Positions 14,755-23,446 of a stretch of DNA of 38,273 nt are shown here, one piece after another (positions within the stretch are counted from its first letter, which is position 1; every line of letters starts with the position of its first letter). The notes beneath the pieces were generated by a model that searched no databases, had not been told where the DNA came from, and worked only from the letters and a program-made list of their open reading frames with translations. The DNA comes from a virus. The DNA is taken from positions 1-38,273 of IMG/VR virus record IMGVR_UViG_3300045988_043012, one strand, 5' to 3'. The translations under genes and the position numbers were made by a program.

Positions 14755-15280
14755 AGTCTCCCTCCTCTCCGCCGCTCAGCAGCGTCACCATGTCCAGATA
14801 CTCGCCCGGCGTCAGCAGCAGGGCGTCTGCCGGGGCCAGATGCAGCCGGGCGGCGCATACGGCCAGAAACCCAATCCGCAGCCGCTCAGGATCCTCCGCC
14901 CGCTCATCCTCCCGGGCCGCCAGAACTAAGTTGACCTCCCCGGCGTCCTCTCCGGAGGGCACTGCCCGGTAAAAGCCCCGCGCAATGGCCTGCCGCACGG
15001 CGGTGCGGACCGCTGCCCGGTCCTGAGAGCGCCACGGCCAGCCCGTGGCCCGCTTGCGGTCGGCATAGCCCTGCCGCTTGCGCCACAGCGCCGCCTGCTG
15101 CATCAGCAGCTCCGCCAGCTCACAGCAGGCCATCCAGCCCTGGGGGGTGTCCTCCATGGCCCCGGTGGCCCGCAGGATGCTGTCATGGACGCCGAAGCGG
15201 TCATAAATATCAAAAAGCGCCCCCGCCGTCAGCATGAGCGGCAGAGGGCTGCCGTCGAAATCAAACGTAACGTATCGCAT
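14744..15280 (-). CDS. Tail assembly chaperone
   Basis: 178 aa from the ATG at 15280, positioned between the major tail and TMP genes. I found no gpG/gpGT-type frameshift. Confidence 0.6.
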   Translation of the reverse strand: MRYVTFDFDGSPLPLMLTAGALFDIYDRFGVHDSILRATGAMEDTPQGWMACCELAELLMQQAALWRKRQGYADRKRATGWPWRSQDRAAVRTAVRQAIARGFYRAVPSGEDAGEVNLVLAAREDERAEDPERLRIGFLAVCAARLHLAPADALLLTPGEYLDMVTLLSGGEEGDYGN

Positions 15281-15333
15281 GGCATAAACCTCCTGCAAGG
15301 GCGGCCCATTGCGGGCCGTCCTTGCGGTAAAGA

Positions 15334-16140
15334 TCAGGTGCTCCAGACGGCCACGATCTCGTGAGCCGCCGCGATGGAGCTGACGGTGTACTTGTGCGTG
15401 GCCAATTTGCTGGTCACGTTGACGGCGTTGTCATACAGCGCCGTGGGGTCCTTGGTGCCGAAGTCGATGGCCAGGCTCTGCCCGGCGGTCACATAGGTGG
15501 TGCCCTCGCCGGGATCGCTGGTGCCGGTGCCAATATGGGTGATGGTCACGCCGTAGGCCGCCGTCCCGCCCGCCAGCGAGTCAATAAACGCCTCTGCCTC
15601 GGACTGGGTGGGAAACTCCTGCCGCTCGCGCCATGCGTCCGCGTTGTCCTTCATCATCCGCAGGCTCACCGCGTTCATCTTGGGATTGAAGTCGCTCTTG
15701 CGGGTGTCCGCCTCCTGCTTCTCCGCGCTCAGCATGGCCGTGGTCTTGTAGAAGAACGAGGCCCGGTAGACCAGGGTCTTGTCCTTCTTCAGGATCGGCT
15801 CAATGAAGGCGTAGGCGCCGTTGGGGGCGCTGTCCTCGCCCTTGGCAGTCTCCCGGCCCGCCTTGTAGCTGTGGCCGTAGATCTTGGCGTTGATCTCCAG
15901 ATCGCTCAGCGTGGTCTCCACGTCGATCTGGCCGGAGACGAACTGCTCGAAATACAGCAGCATGGCGTCATCGCCGGTGATGTCGCCGGAGGCCGTGGTC
16001 AGGCTCAGATAGCCCTTGACGGCTGCGCCCATGTCCACCTTCTCGCCGTAGACCGGATGGGTGCCCACCGGCTCGCTGGCAAAGGGGAAGAAGTAACTGG
16101 ACACCATACCAAGAGGTGTTTTAACTGCTTTGTTGCCCAT
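15334..16140 (-). CDS. Major tail protein (phi13-family-like)
   Basis: 268 aa. The N-terminal 2/3 matches the remembered phi13-type pattern (GDDAMLLYFEQFVSGQIDVETTLSDLEINAKIYGH). Extra C-terminal beta domain. Confidence 0.75.
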   Translation of the reverse strand: MGNKAVKTPLGMVSSYFFPFASEPVGTHPVYGEKVDMGAAVKGYLSLTTASGDITGDDAMLLYFEQFVSGQIDVETTLSDLEINAKIYGHSYKAGRETAKGEDSAPNGAYAFIEPILKKDKTLVYRASFFYKTTAMLSAEKQEADTRKSDFNPKMNAVSLRMMKDNADAWRERQEFPTQSEAEAFIDSLAGGTAAYGVTITHIGTGTSDPGEGTTYVTAGQSLAIDFGTKDPTALYDNAVNVTSKLATHKYTVSSIAAAHEIVAVWST

Positions 16141-16150
16141 GGTTTCCTCC

Positions 16151-16594
16151 TTACAGATTTTTTGATTTCAGGTATTCGTCATATACAGCGGCTTCAGCAG
16201 CCGCCACTTGATCTGCGGATTTTTCCGCAGCTGTTTGCATCCACATTTTTGCGGGGATGCCTCGCTTGTTTGAGCCAAACTCGTGAATAAATCCAATTTC
16301 CGCATTTCTGATTTTTTTACCTTTTTTGGTTGTTCGTCCTCTCCTAGTTCCTTGAGGATAAATTAGAAGCGAAGGCTCATAGTCGTTGCGTGCCAGTCTT
16401 TTTTTTGCGGGGGCAATAGATTCTCTTAATTGTCCTGTGTCTACCATGCCTAATGCGTCTATTTGCTGTTTTAATGCTTTAATCGCAACAACGCCCCCGG
16501 CTTCTAGCATGTTTTCTTTGGTGGAATCTGGCATTTCTGCAATCTCGTGTAAAGATAAAGAAAACTCATCTAAGCCATTGACCGTAAAGCCCAT
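16151..16594 (-). CDS. HK97 gp10-family neck / tail-completion protein
   Basis: Start at 16594 (MGFTVNGLDEF). DTGQLRESI and IGFIHEFGSNKRGIPAKMWM motifs. The gene is AT-richer than its neighbours. Confidence 0.7.
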   Translation of the reverse strand: MGFTVNGLDEFSLSLHEIAEMPDSTKENMLEAGGVVAIKALKQQIDALGMVDTGQLRESIAPAKKRLARNDYEPSLLIYPQGTRRGRTTKKGKKIRNAEIGFIHEFGSNKRGIPAKMWMQTAAEKSADQVAAAEAAVYDEYLKSKNL

Positions 16595-16941
16595 CAGCCC
16601 ACCTCCAGATCCAGCGCCCGGCACTCCAGAACGTAGTGCTGGCCCTCCAGATCGCTGGCGTTGGTATAATCCCCAACCGCAAGCCCGGCGTCCAGCATGG
16701 CCCGCCGAAGCTGCCGCTTTAGGCGTAGCGGCGTCTGCCCCAGCGGTAGATACAAATGCAGCTGGATCAGATACCGAATGGCCTGCGGCTCATCGTCACC
16801 GAACACATCCGGAGACTCCGTGTAGTTGAACACGCAGTAGACCTCTGCCGGAGTCTCCCCAGCGTCGGGCCGGTACGCATCCGGAACGCATACCGGCACG
16901 ATGGGCGTCACCGCCTGGATGATGGTCTCGTTGATGCTCAT
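16594..16941 (-). CDS. Head-tail joining protein (family unassigned)
   Basis: 115 aa, in the neck-module position. Its stop shares one base with the next start. Confidence 0.55.
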   Translation of the reverse strand: MSINETIIQAVTPIVPVCVPDAYRPDAGETPAEVYCVFNYTESPDVFGDDEPQAIRYLIQLHLYLPLGQTPLRLKRQLRRAMLDAGLAVGDYTNASDLEGQHYVLECRALDLEVG

Positions 16942-16943
16942 AC

Positions 16944-17279
16944 TCAGCCTCCCGCCGTCAGCAGCTTGGCGATTAGCTCCGTATACTCGCCGCTGTCGCC
17001 GTAGTCATTGACGTACTCGATCTCGTAGTCCGTGCCGTTGTACCGCACCCGGTCCTTCCGGCTGATGGCCGTATGCCCGGAGCGGATCAGGAACCGTACC
17101 TTGACGTCGCTCATGTCCGCGCCTTGCCGCAGTGCCTCGGAGCCGCTGACCCGGGAGAACTGCGCCCATGGGCGCCGGATCACCGTCTCCGTGGGGACTG
17201 CGTAGCCGTCAGCGTCAGGGTAGGTGGAGATCCGCACGATCTCCACCCGCTTATTCAGCTTTCCAGCATTCACGTCCAT
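16944..17279 (-). CDS. Head-tail adaptor (SPP1 gp16-like head closure)
   Basis: 111 aa. The KLNKRVEI...YEI pattern is typical of the family. Confidence 0.7.
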   Translation of the reverse strand: MDVNAGKLNKRVEIVRISTYPDADGYAVPTETVIRRPWAQFSRVSGSEALRQGADMSDVKVRFLIRSGHTAISRKDRVRYNGTDYEIEYVNDYGDSGEYTELIAKLLTAGG

Positions 17280-17282
17280 GGC

Positions 17283-17609
17283 TTAGCCCTCCGTGTCCGA
17301 ATCGGACCGCACCGGCTCCGTCAGCTTCAGCTGGTTGATCCGCCTCCGGAAGGCCGGGTTGTCTGCAAACGCCTTGTCGGCAGTCTGGATGCCCCGGTTG
17401 TCCCAGGCGTCCAGCACCAGCGCCAGAATGCAGGTGTTGTACTGGGGCAGGCGGGCGGAACCGGCCTCCGGCTCCGCCACGCCCGCGTTGCGCATGTAGC
17501 TGACGGCGTCCGCATGGAAACCCTCCAGCAGGCTCAGGTCCTCCGGCGTGGGATCGTCGATTCGGCAGTAGCTCAGGATGCTGGCCTGCCGGTCACTAAA
17601 CGCCGCCAT
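17283..17609 (-). CDS. gp6-like head-tail connector
   Basis: 108 aa, directly downstream of the capsid gene. YCRIDD...DLSLLEGF pattern. Confidence 0.7.
   Translation of the reverse strand: MAAFSDRQASILSYCRIDDPTPEDLSLLEGFHADAVSYMRNAGVAEPEAGSARLPQYNTCILALVLDAWDNRGIQTADKAFADNPAFRRRINQLKLTEPVRSDSDTEG
17295..17307. repeat. GTCCGAWTCGGAC palindrome copy 4
   Basis: GTGTCCGAATCGGACCG, in the last 8 codons of the connector gene (SDSDTEG stop). Confidence 0.95.
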
Positions 17610-17624
17610 CCGTCACCCCTCCGA

Positions 17625-18863
17625 TCAGCCGCCGGACTTGGGCAGGTTCGCGATGACGAAGCCCTTGTCCACGATCAGGTTGCCGCCCACCATGGCGTCG
17701 CCCAGGATGGTGACCATGCGCTCCACAGCCTTGACGCTGTCATCCACCCGCACGGTGTAGTCGCCGAACAGGCCCAGCTCGTAGTTGGCGGGATCGCCGT
17801 ACAGCATGGTCTGGATGGCAGCGCTGCCAGCGGTGGAGGCAGACAGGGAGGTCAGGTCGCTGACGATGGTGTAGGGCACGATGTTGCCGCCGTCCTCGAT
17901 GGTGCCGACGTTGGGGTTGCCCGTGGCGGGGTTGATCTTGAACACCCGCTGCTTGTCGCTGTTGCGCAGCTTGCCGATGGCCTTCAGGTCCGTCTTGTTC
18001 AGCAGCAGCCGGGCGTTCTGGCCGATGGCCTCGTCGCTGCCGTAGGAGAAGAACAGGTCATCCAGCAGGTTCTCATTGATGGCGGAGATGTCCACATTAG
18101 CGGCAATGGCAGCGCCCGCCACGTTCTTGGCGTTCTTGATGCCGAACATATCGGGGGAAGCCTGGCCGTCACCGTTGACGATCAAAGCCGCCAGCTTGCG
18201 CCGCATGGCACGCATCGCCATGTTGTAGATCTTGGTGTAGTAGTCGGCGGGACTCAGGCGGGAGATATTGCGGTCGACAAACTGGGTTACGTTGAGCTCA
18301 TAAGGGCTAATCTTGGCCACGCCGAAGGTGGGGTCGGCGCTGGTGGTGCGGGCCTTGCCGGCGTTGGTGGTCACTTTGCCGCCCTTGGCGTCAATCTCGG
18401 AGATCACATAGGGCTCCAGAAAGCTGCCCATGCCGGTCAGGTTCTGGACGTACACCTGATCCACGATGGAGGAGACCACGTTGCCCAGAGGGTCCCGGAT
18501 GTTGCTGCCGGCGCCGGTGGGCTCCACCAGAGTGCCGGTGGCCAGAGTGATGGAGTTCATCACGGCCCGGCGGGTCTCGTCGGCGGTGAAGGTCACGGCG
18601 TGGCCGGTCATGAGGGCATGGCCGCGCTCCTCGGCCATGTCGCGAGCCTCTGCGCCGGCGGGAGCGGGAGCGGCCATGATCTGGCGGTCCTGCTCGGTGA
18701 TGAGGTCCTGGATGTTCTGGATGCGGCCGTTGAAATCACGGACATCCGCCATGGCGGAATCGTAGTCCGCCTGGTTGCCCGCATCCAGAGCCGCCTGCGC
18801 GGCTTCCAGACGGGCGGTGCGCTGGGTGGTCAGATCCACCAGATCGCGTCTGAGATTGTTCAT
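17625..18863 (-). CDS. Major capsid protein (HK97-type)
   Basis: 412 aa, directly after the ClpP-type protease gene. N-terminal coiled segment. Confidence 0.85.
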   Translation of the reverse strand: MNNLRRDLVDLTTQRTARLEAAQAALDAGNQADYDSAMADVRDFNGRIQNIQDLITEQDRQIMAAPAPAGAEARDMAEERGHALMTGHAVTFTADETRRAVMNSITLATGTLVEPTGAGSNIRDPLGNVVSSIVDQVYVQNLTGMGSFLEPYVISEIDAKGGKVTTNAGKARTTSADPTFGVAKISPYELNVTQFVDRNISRLSPADYYTKIYNMAMRAMRRKLAALIVNGDGQASPDMFGIKNAKNVAGAAIAANVDISAINENLLDDLFFSYGSDEAIGQNARLLLNKTDLKAIGKLRNSDKQRVFKINPATGNPNVGTIEDGGNIVPYTIVSDLTSLSASTAGSAAIQTMLYGDPANYELGLFGDYTVRVDDSVKAVERMVTILGDAMVGGNLIVDKGFVIANLPKSGG

Positions 18864-18879
18864 GTTTTGCTACCTCCGT

Positions 18880-19641
18880 TTAAAATCTGATTTTTTCCAG
18901 ATCCAAGCGGGCCTGCGCCTGCCAGTCTCCGGTATCTGCATCGGGCTCACCGCCCGTTGATGCTGTGGGTGCCGGGTCCGTCTCCGGCGTGGGGTGCTGC
19001 TCCGCCATGTATCTGGCCCGCAGCTCCGTGATGTCCGGCATTCCGGCGCATCCCAGCGCCCGGATGCCGCTGCCGATGGCGTTCATCACGTTCTGCGGGG
19101 CAATACTGGCCGTCTCGCCGATGATGCCGTCCGCCAGACCGCAGTCCACGGCCTCCTGAGCCGTCAGCCACGTCTCGGCGTTCATCATCCGCCGGAACTC
19201 CGCCCGGTCGGCCTTGCCGCCGGCCTTCAGCTCGTAGGCGTTGAGGATGGCTTCCCGGGTACTATCCAGCATCTGCACGCTCCGCAGATGATCTCCACGG
19301 TCTCCGCTGGTGCGGGTGGACGGCAGATGGATCATCATCTGCGCCACCGGGGAGATCTGCACCTCGTCACAGGCAAGGCACATGTAGCTGGCCGCGCTGG
19401 CAGCGAGGCTCTGAACCTCTGCCACCGTGTGGATGCCGGAAGATCTCAAAACGCTGTAGATCTCAGATCCGGCAAACACGCTGCCGCCGCCGCTGTTGAT
19501 CTCCAGCACCAGTTCCTCGCCCTCCGGGGTGGCCGCTACTGCGTCCCGCACCGCCTTGGGTGAGAAAGCCGCGAAGCCGAACCACTGGTAGATTTCCACA
19601 TCGTCATCGGCTGCGACGATGCCGTTAAGTGTTACCCGCAT
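18880..19641 (-). CDS. ClpP/S14-type prohead protease
   Basis: EINSGGGSVFAG and AASAASYM...MMIHLP motifs. Confidence 0.85.
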   Translation of the reverse strand: MRVTLNGIVAADDDVEIYQWFGFAAFSPKAVRDAVAATPEGEELVLEINSGGGSVFAGSEIYSVLRSSGIHTVAEVQSLAASAASYMCLACDEVQISPVAQMMIHLPSTRTSGDRGDHLRSVQMLDSTREAILNAYELKAGGKADRAEFRRMMNAETWLTAQEAVDCGLADGIIGETASIAPQNVMNAIGSGIRALGCAGMPDITELRARYMAEQHPTPETDPAPTASTGGEPDADTGDWQAQARLDLEKIRF

Positions 19642-20917
19642 TTGCGTTCCCTCCGTTTCTCTGTTCGCTGAGCCGTGCCCAGTCCTTCAGGGGGACATAG
19701 TTCAGGCTCTCCCGGCGCTCATCGCCGCCCTCCACATCCGGCAGGTCCTCCAGTGCCCGGATATCGTTGACGGAAAATACGCCGTTGTTCCGCTGGTTGG
19801 TGTACCAGGCGCCACGGCTGGCCGTGTCGCCCTTCAGCTCTGCCATCATGTTGATGCGGATCTCCAAGCCCTGCCGCAGCTCCGTGTTTGTCAGCAGCTT
19901 CCACGTTTGCTCCTCCGCGTACTGGTTGACGATGGGATGGAGGGTGCTCACCACGTACTCGATGGCGTTCTGCTCGTTGCTGCCGTAGGCCTGCTTGCCC
20001 TCTTGCAGCTTGTAGAGGGGCACGCCGAAGTATCTGGCGATATCCCGGATGGAGACCTCTTTGTTTTCCACAAACTGTGCGTCCTTGTTCGTGGCGGCAA
20101 TGGGGGTGTATTTCAGTCCCAGATCCAAGATTGCCAGCCGGTGACTGTTGCTTGGCCCTGCGTGGACCTTCTCCCACTCCTGCCGCAATATGTCCTTGCG
20201 GGTCAGGTAGCTGCCGTCCGCCGCCTGGATGTGCTTGCCGTTAACATCCTCCGCCCAGCCGCCCAGATCGCTGTCGGTCTCCAGCGCACCGCCGGGCTGG
20301 CCGCCATTGGAATAAAACGCCAGATCATACGCCTGCGCCGCCTGTGCCGCTGCCAGCACCTCACTGGCCCGCCGCAAAGGTGAGATGCCCGTCAGGCCAT
20401 CCCGTGTGGTGGCCTTGTAGTGGCAGATGTCCTCGTTGGGCAGCACCATAGGCGTGCCGGTCACCGGATGGGTCACGGTGTACCACACTTGCCCAGCCTC
20501 ATCCCGCCAGGGCTGCACCAGCCACCAGGGCACCGGGATCAGCTCCCGGATGATCCCCGTCCGGGGGTCCCGGATGATCCAGTCATAGCCGTTGCCGCCC
20601 TCGTTCCGGCTGTTCTCCAGCACCTTCCGCCGGATGCTGGGCGTCATAGCCTCATTGGGCCGAACGTTCAGCAGCCGCAGGAGGTAGTGGTCCACGTGCT
20701 CCCGGGTTTTGCCGTCCATCACGAAGTTGGGCAGCTTGCTGATGGAGTTGCTCAGGATTTCCATGCACCCGTCCACTGCGCTCAGCTTCCGGGCGGTGGT
20801 CTCGGTCAGCTCGCCCACGGCCAGCCCGCCGGACGCCGCCAGCGTCTTGACGGTCACGTCATTCCGTACCTGCTGCGGTCGGCTGACGGCCAGCCGCAGC
20901 CTGTTGGTCATGCTCAC
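19625..20917 (-). CDS. Portal protein (HK97-family-like)
   Basis: 430 aa, between the TerL and protease genes. GTG at 20917, or ATG 6 nt downstream. Confidence 0.85.
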   Translation of the reverse strand: MSMTNRLRLAVSRPQQVRNDVTVKTLAASGGLAVGELTETTARKLSAVDGCMEILSNSISKLPNFVMDGKTREHVDHYLLRLLNVRPNEAMTPSIRRKVLENSRNEGGNGYDWIIRDPRTGIIRELIPVPWWLVQPWRDEAGQVWYTVTHPVTGTPMVLPNEDICHYKATTRDGLTGISPLRRASEVLAAAQAAQAYDLAFYSNGGQPGGALETDSDLGGWAEDVNGKHIQAADGSYLTRKDILRQEWEKVHAGPSNSHRLAILDLGLKYTPIAATNKDAQFVENKEVSIRDIARYFGVPLYKLQEGKQAYGSNEQNAIEYVVSTLHPIVNQYAEEQTWKLLTNTELRQGLEIRINMMAELKGDTASRGAWYTNQRNNGVFSVNDIRALEDLPDVEGGDERRESLNYVPLKDWARLSEQRNGGNANAGNT

Positions 20918-21090
20918 TGCTCATCACCTCCCGGACCGCTCAGCAGGGAGAAGGCGATCAGCGCCCCGCCGGCCACGATCACGCCCAGCGGCAGCCAGAT
21001 CATCCCGAAGCCCACGGCCACGGTGCCCACGCCGCAGACCAGCAGCACGTCCGGGCCGAACCGGGCCAGAGCGCTCTTTATTTTTTTCAT
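20914..21090 (-). CDS. Small membrane protein (58 aa)
   Basis: Not in the track. GGAGACCGC precedes the ATG at 21090. Product MKKIKSALARFGPDVLLVCGVGTVAVGFGMIWLPLGVIVAGGALIAFSLL has two TM helices. It overlaps the portal start. Confidence 0.55.
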   Translation of the reverse strand: MKKIKSALARFGPDVLLVCGVGTVAVGFGMIWLPLGVIVAGGALIAFSLLSGPGGDEQ

Positions 21091-21105
21091 GCGGTCTCCT
21101 TTCCG

Positions 21106-21118
21106 GTCCGAATCGGAC
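21106..21118. repeat. GTCCGAWTCGGAC palindrome copy 5
   Basis: CGGTCCGAATCGGACCG, intergenic, 5 nt after the TerL stop and 16 nt before the next ATG. Confidence 0.95.
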
Positions 21119-21122
21119 CGCG

Positions 21123-22856
21123 TTATAAGCTAAAACCGGGGCGGCTCATAGCCGCCGCCAGATCCGGCTTCTGATTTCTTTTAACGATCCACGCTGCCAC
21201 GGCGATGATCCACGCCACCGTAATATCGATGCGCCCGATACTACGGTTTTTCATCGGTTTTTGGTTCTCATTGCCATCCACCGCGCACCGGACGTTGCCG
21301 AAGCACCACCGGGCGCAGGTGTTGTGGACGTGGAGCATCTTGTGTTCCCGGATCAGGCCCTCCAGCTCCTTCATGGCCGGGCTCATGCCTGCCATGGTCT
21401 GAGGGATGGCGATGATCTCCACGCCCTCGTCCTGGAGCAGCGGCGTCATGGTGGCCGTCAGGTACTGGTCAATGCCCAGCGCCCGCAGGTCATAGCGCTC
21501 CTTGGCGTCTAAGATCGCCGCGATCACGTCCCGGTTGTCGATCATGTCGCCCTGGCAAAGGGTGAGGAACCCGGCCCGCTCCCAGTCCCGGTAGGGCACA
21601 TGGTCCCGCTGCTCCGCCTCCGTCACGCCCTCAAGGGGCCGCCATGCCCGGAACAGGGCCACGCCCTGATCCAGTCCCGGCTGGGGCGGGAACACAAGCA
21701 CCAGGGCGCTGAGGTCCGTCCGGAGGGACATATCCAGCCCGCCGTAACAGGTCTTGCCCGTCAGGTGCTCATCCACCCACGCCTCCCGCTCCGCCTTGGC
21801 GGAGGGGCCAATCTGGGTCTTATCGTAGAGGGTCAGGGGCAGCCAGCCCACGTCCTTGGTGCTGATCCACTGGTTCAGCCGCAGCCACCGGAAATTGCGC
21901 TCCGCCGCCTCGCTGGCCTTGGCCGCCCGGGCGTCATCCCGGAACTGTCGGGGCTGGATCGTCACGCCATAGCTGGGGTTACAGGTTTTCCACAGCGCCT
22001 CGTCATAGATGTCCAGCTCCGCGATCCTGTCCGGATCGTCCTGCGTCAGGGTGGAGATGCCATACATGATGGGAAGCCACTGCGGATCGTCCTCATCCAT
22101 GGGACGCTCCGGCTCACCCCGCCGCCATGCCAGCAGCCTGCGGCACTTCTCATGGACCTCCCAGCCGATAGACTTGCGGTCTGGGTCATCGCCCGCCGTG
22201 GTCAGCACAATCACCGCCTGCTGGAGCCGGGCCGCGTTGGAGCCCACCGTCAGAACGTCCCACAGCCGCCGGTTGGGCTGGGCGTGCAGCTCGTCGATGA
22301 TGATGGCCGAAAAGCTGAAACCGTGCTTGGTGTCCGCGTCGCTGCTGTAGACCTTCATTATGCCGCCGAAGCGGGTGCGGATCTCTCGGACGCTGTCCCG
22401 GCACCATGCCAGCGGCCGGTGTGCCGGTTGGCCCAGTGCCGTGTGCTCTACCATGTACTTGGCGCACTGGTAGATGATATCCGCGTTGGTTTTATCGGCC
22501 GCGAAGATGCCCACCTGCGGGCGGCTTTCGCCGTCATTCACCAGCAGATTCAGCCCCAGCCCTGCCGCAAACTCGCTCTTGCCATTTTTCTTGGCGATCT
22601 CGTCATACAGAAACCGGCGGTATCGCACCCACTGGCCGCGATCGTTGCGGATCTGGATGCCGAAGAACTCCCGGATGGCCCGCCGCTCCCACTCCAGAAG
22701 GTGGAAGGGCTGACCGGCCCACTGGTTCTGGCCAAACACCAGCATGGAAAAGAATTTCTCCACACGGTTCACTTCGACCTGGTTGTATCGCAGCTCCGCG
22801 CCGTCATCCGGCGTCGGTACCTCGATGCCGGGGTATAGCGTCAGCATCTCAGGCAT
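21123..22856 (-). CDS. terL: Terminase large subunit
   Basis: 577 aa. Walker B-like IIIDELH and a C-terminal nuclease region. Overlaps the terS stop. Confidence 0.92.
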   Translation of the reverse strand: MPEMLTLYPGIEVPTPDDGAELRYNQVEVNRVEKFFSMLVFGQNQWAGQPFHLLEWERRAIREFFGIQIRNDRGQWVRYRRFLYDEIAKKNGKSEFAAGLGLNLLVNDGESRPQVGIFAADKTNADIIYQCAKYMVEHTALGQPAHRPLAWCRDSVREIRTRFGGIMKVYSSDADTKHGFSFSAIIIDELHAQPNRRLWDVLTVGSNAARLQQAVIVLTTAGDDPDRKSIGWEVHEKCRRLLAWRRGEPERPMDEDDPQWLPIMYGISTLTQDDPDRIAELDIYDEALWKTCNPSYGVTIQPRQFRDDARAAKASEAAERNFRWLRLNQWISTKDVGWLPLTLYDKTQIGPSAKAEREAWVDEHLTGKTCYGGLDMSLRTDLSALVLVFPPQPGLDQGVALFRAWRPLEGVTEAEQRDHVPYRDWERAGFLTLCQGDMIDNRDVIAAILDAKERYDLRALGIDQYLTATMTPLLQDEGVEIIAIPQTMAGMSPAMKELEGLIREHKMLHVHNTCARWCFGNVRCAVDGNENQKPMKNRSIGRIDITVAWIIAVAAWIVKRNQKPDLAAAMSRPGFSL

Positions 22857-23340
22857 ACCGATCCATGCCTCCCCGGATCAGCTCCAGCATGGGGTTGCTG
22901 TCCTCCGTTGCCTGCTTGCCGGTATCCGGCACCACCAGGCGGCAGCGGCTGGTGACGGTCAGGCCCATATCGTTGGCGCAGTTCCGGGCCTGCTTGAAGT
23001 ATCGCTCCTGGATCTTGCCCCAGCCGTCAGCGCCTTCCTGGTCTCGCTGGGCCAGCGCCGTCTCTGCCTCGCCGGTGGCAATGAGCCACTGGTGCTGGGC
23101 CACCAGATAGCGGCCCAGGGTGTCGGCGTCCAGCTCCGTGTAAAGCCCGGAGGCGATCAGCCGCTTGCCGATGGCCCGGAAGTCCTTTTTCAGCGTCTCC
23201 GGCAGCCACTTGGGCGGCTTGGCCGTCTTGGCAGGGGAGACCTTCACCTCACCGGCCCGCCGCTCCGCTTCCTCGGCGCGGCTCAGGTGCTTTCGCCCGT
23301 TGGCGATCACCACATCTGTCGGTTGTCTTTTCCCGGCCAT
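22849..23340 (-). CDS. terS: Terminase small subunit (P27-family-like)
   Basis: 163 aa. GGAGG RBS. Positioned directly upstream of terL. Confidence 0.8.
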   Translation of the reverse strand: MAGKRQPTDVVIANGRKHLSRAEEAERRAGEVKVSPAKTAKPPKWLPETLKKDFRAIGKRLIASGLYTELDADTLGRYLVAQHQWLIATGEAETALAQRDQEGADGWGKIQERYFKQARNCANDMGLTVTSRCRLVVPDTGKQATEDSNPMLELIRGGMDRYA

Positions 23341-23446
23341 TCCGGCCCTCCTTTCTCCGCTGGTTTCTGATAAACCGCTGCATGTCCCGTTTCAGGTACG
23401 GGCTGCTGGTCCGCGCGATGATCCGCTCAGCCTCCTGTACCGTCAT
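23249..23446 (-). CDS. Possible small protein overlapping the terS start
   Basis: ATGA-coupled to the upstream stop. The first ~35 aa look protein-like (MTVQEAERIIARTSSPYLKRDMQRFIRNQRRKEG). The remainder overlaps terS out of frame. Confidence 0.35.
   Translation of the reverse strand: MTVQEAERIIARTSSPYLKRDMQRFIRNQRRKEGRNGREKTTDRCGDRQRAKAPEPRRGSGAAGR

Noticed and set aside
14744-15280. Programmed -1 frameshift (gpG/gpGT) in the tail chaperone gene.
   Set aside because: A single uninterrupted 178-codon ORF runs into the TMP start. I could not find a slippery heptamer with a downstream alternative frame of the expected length.
17073-18890. 605-aa plus-strand ORF covering the capsid region.
   Set aside because: It is antisense to a clear HK97-type capsid gene. 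Its translation is a low-complexity G/A/V/H/R-rich string, typical of shadow ORFs in GC-rich DNA.
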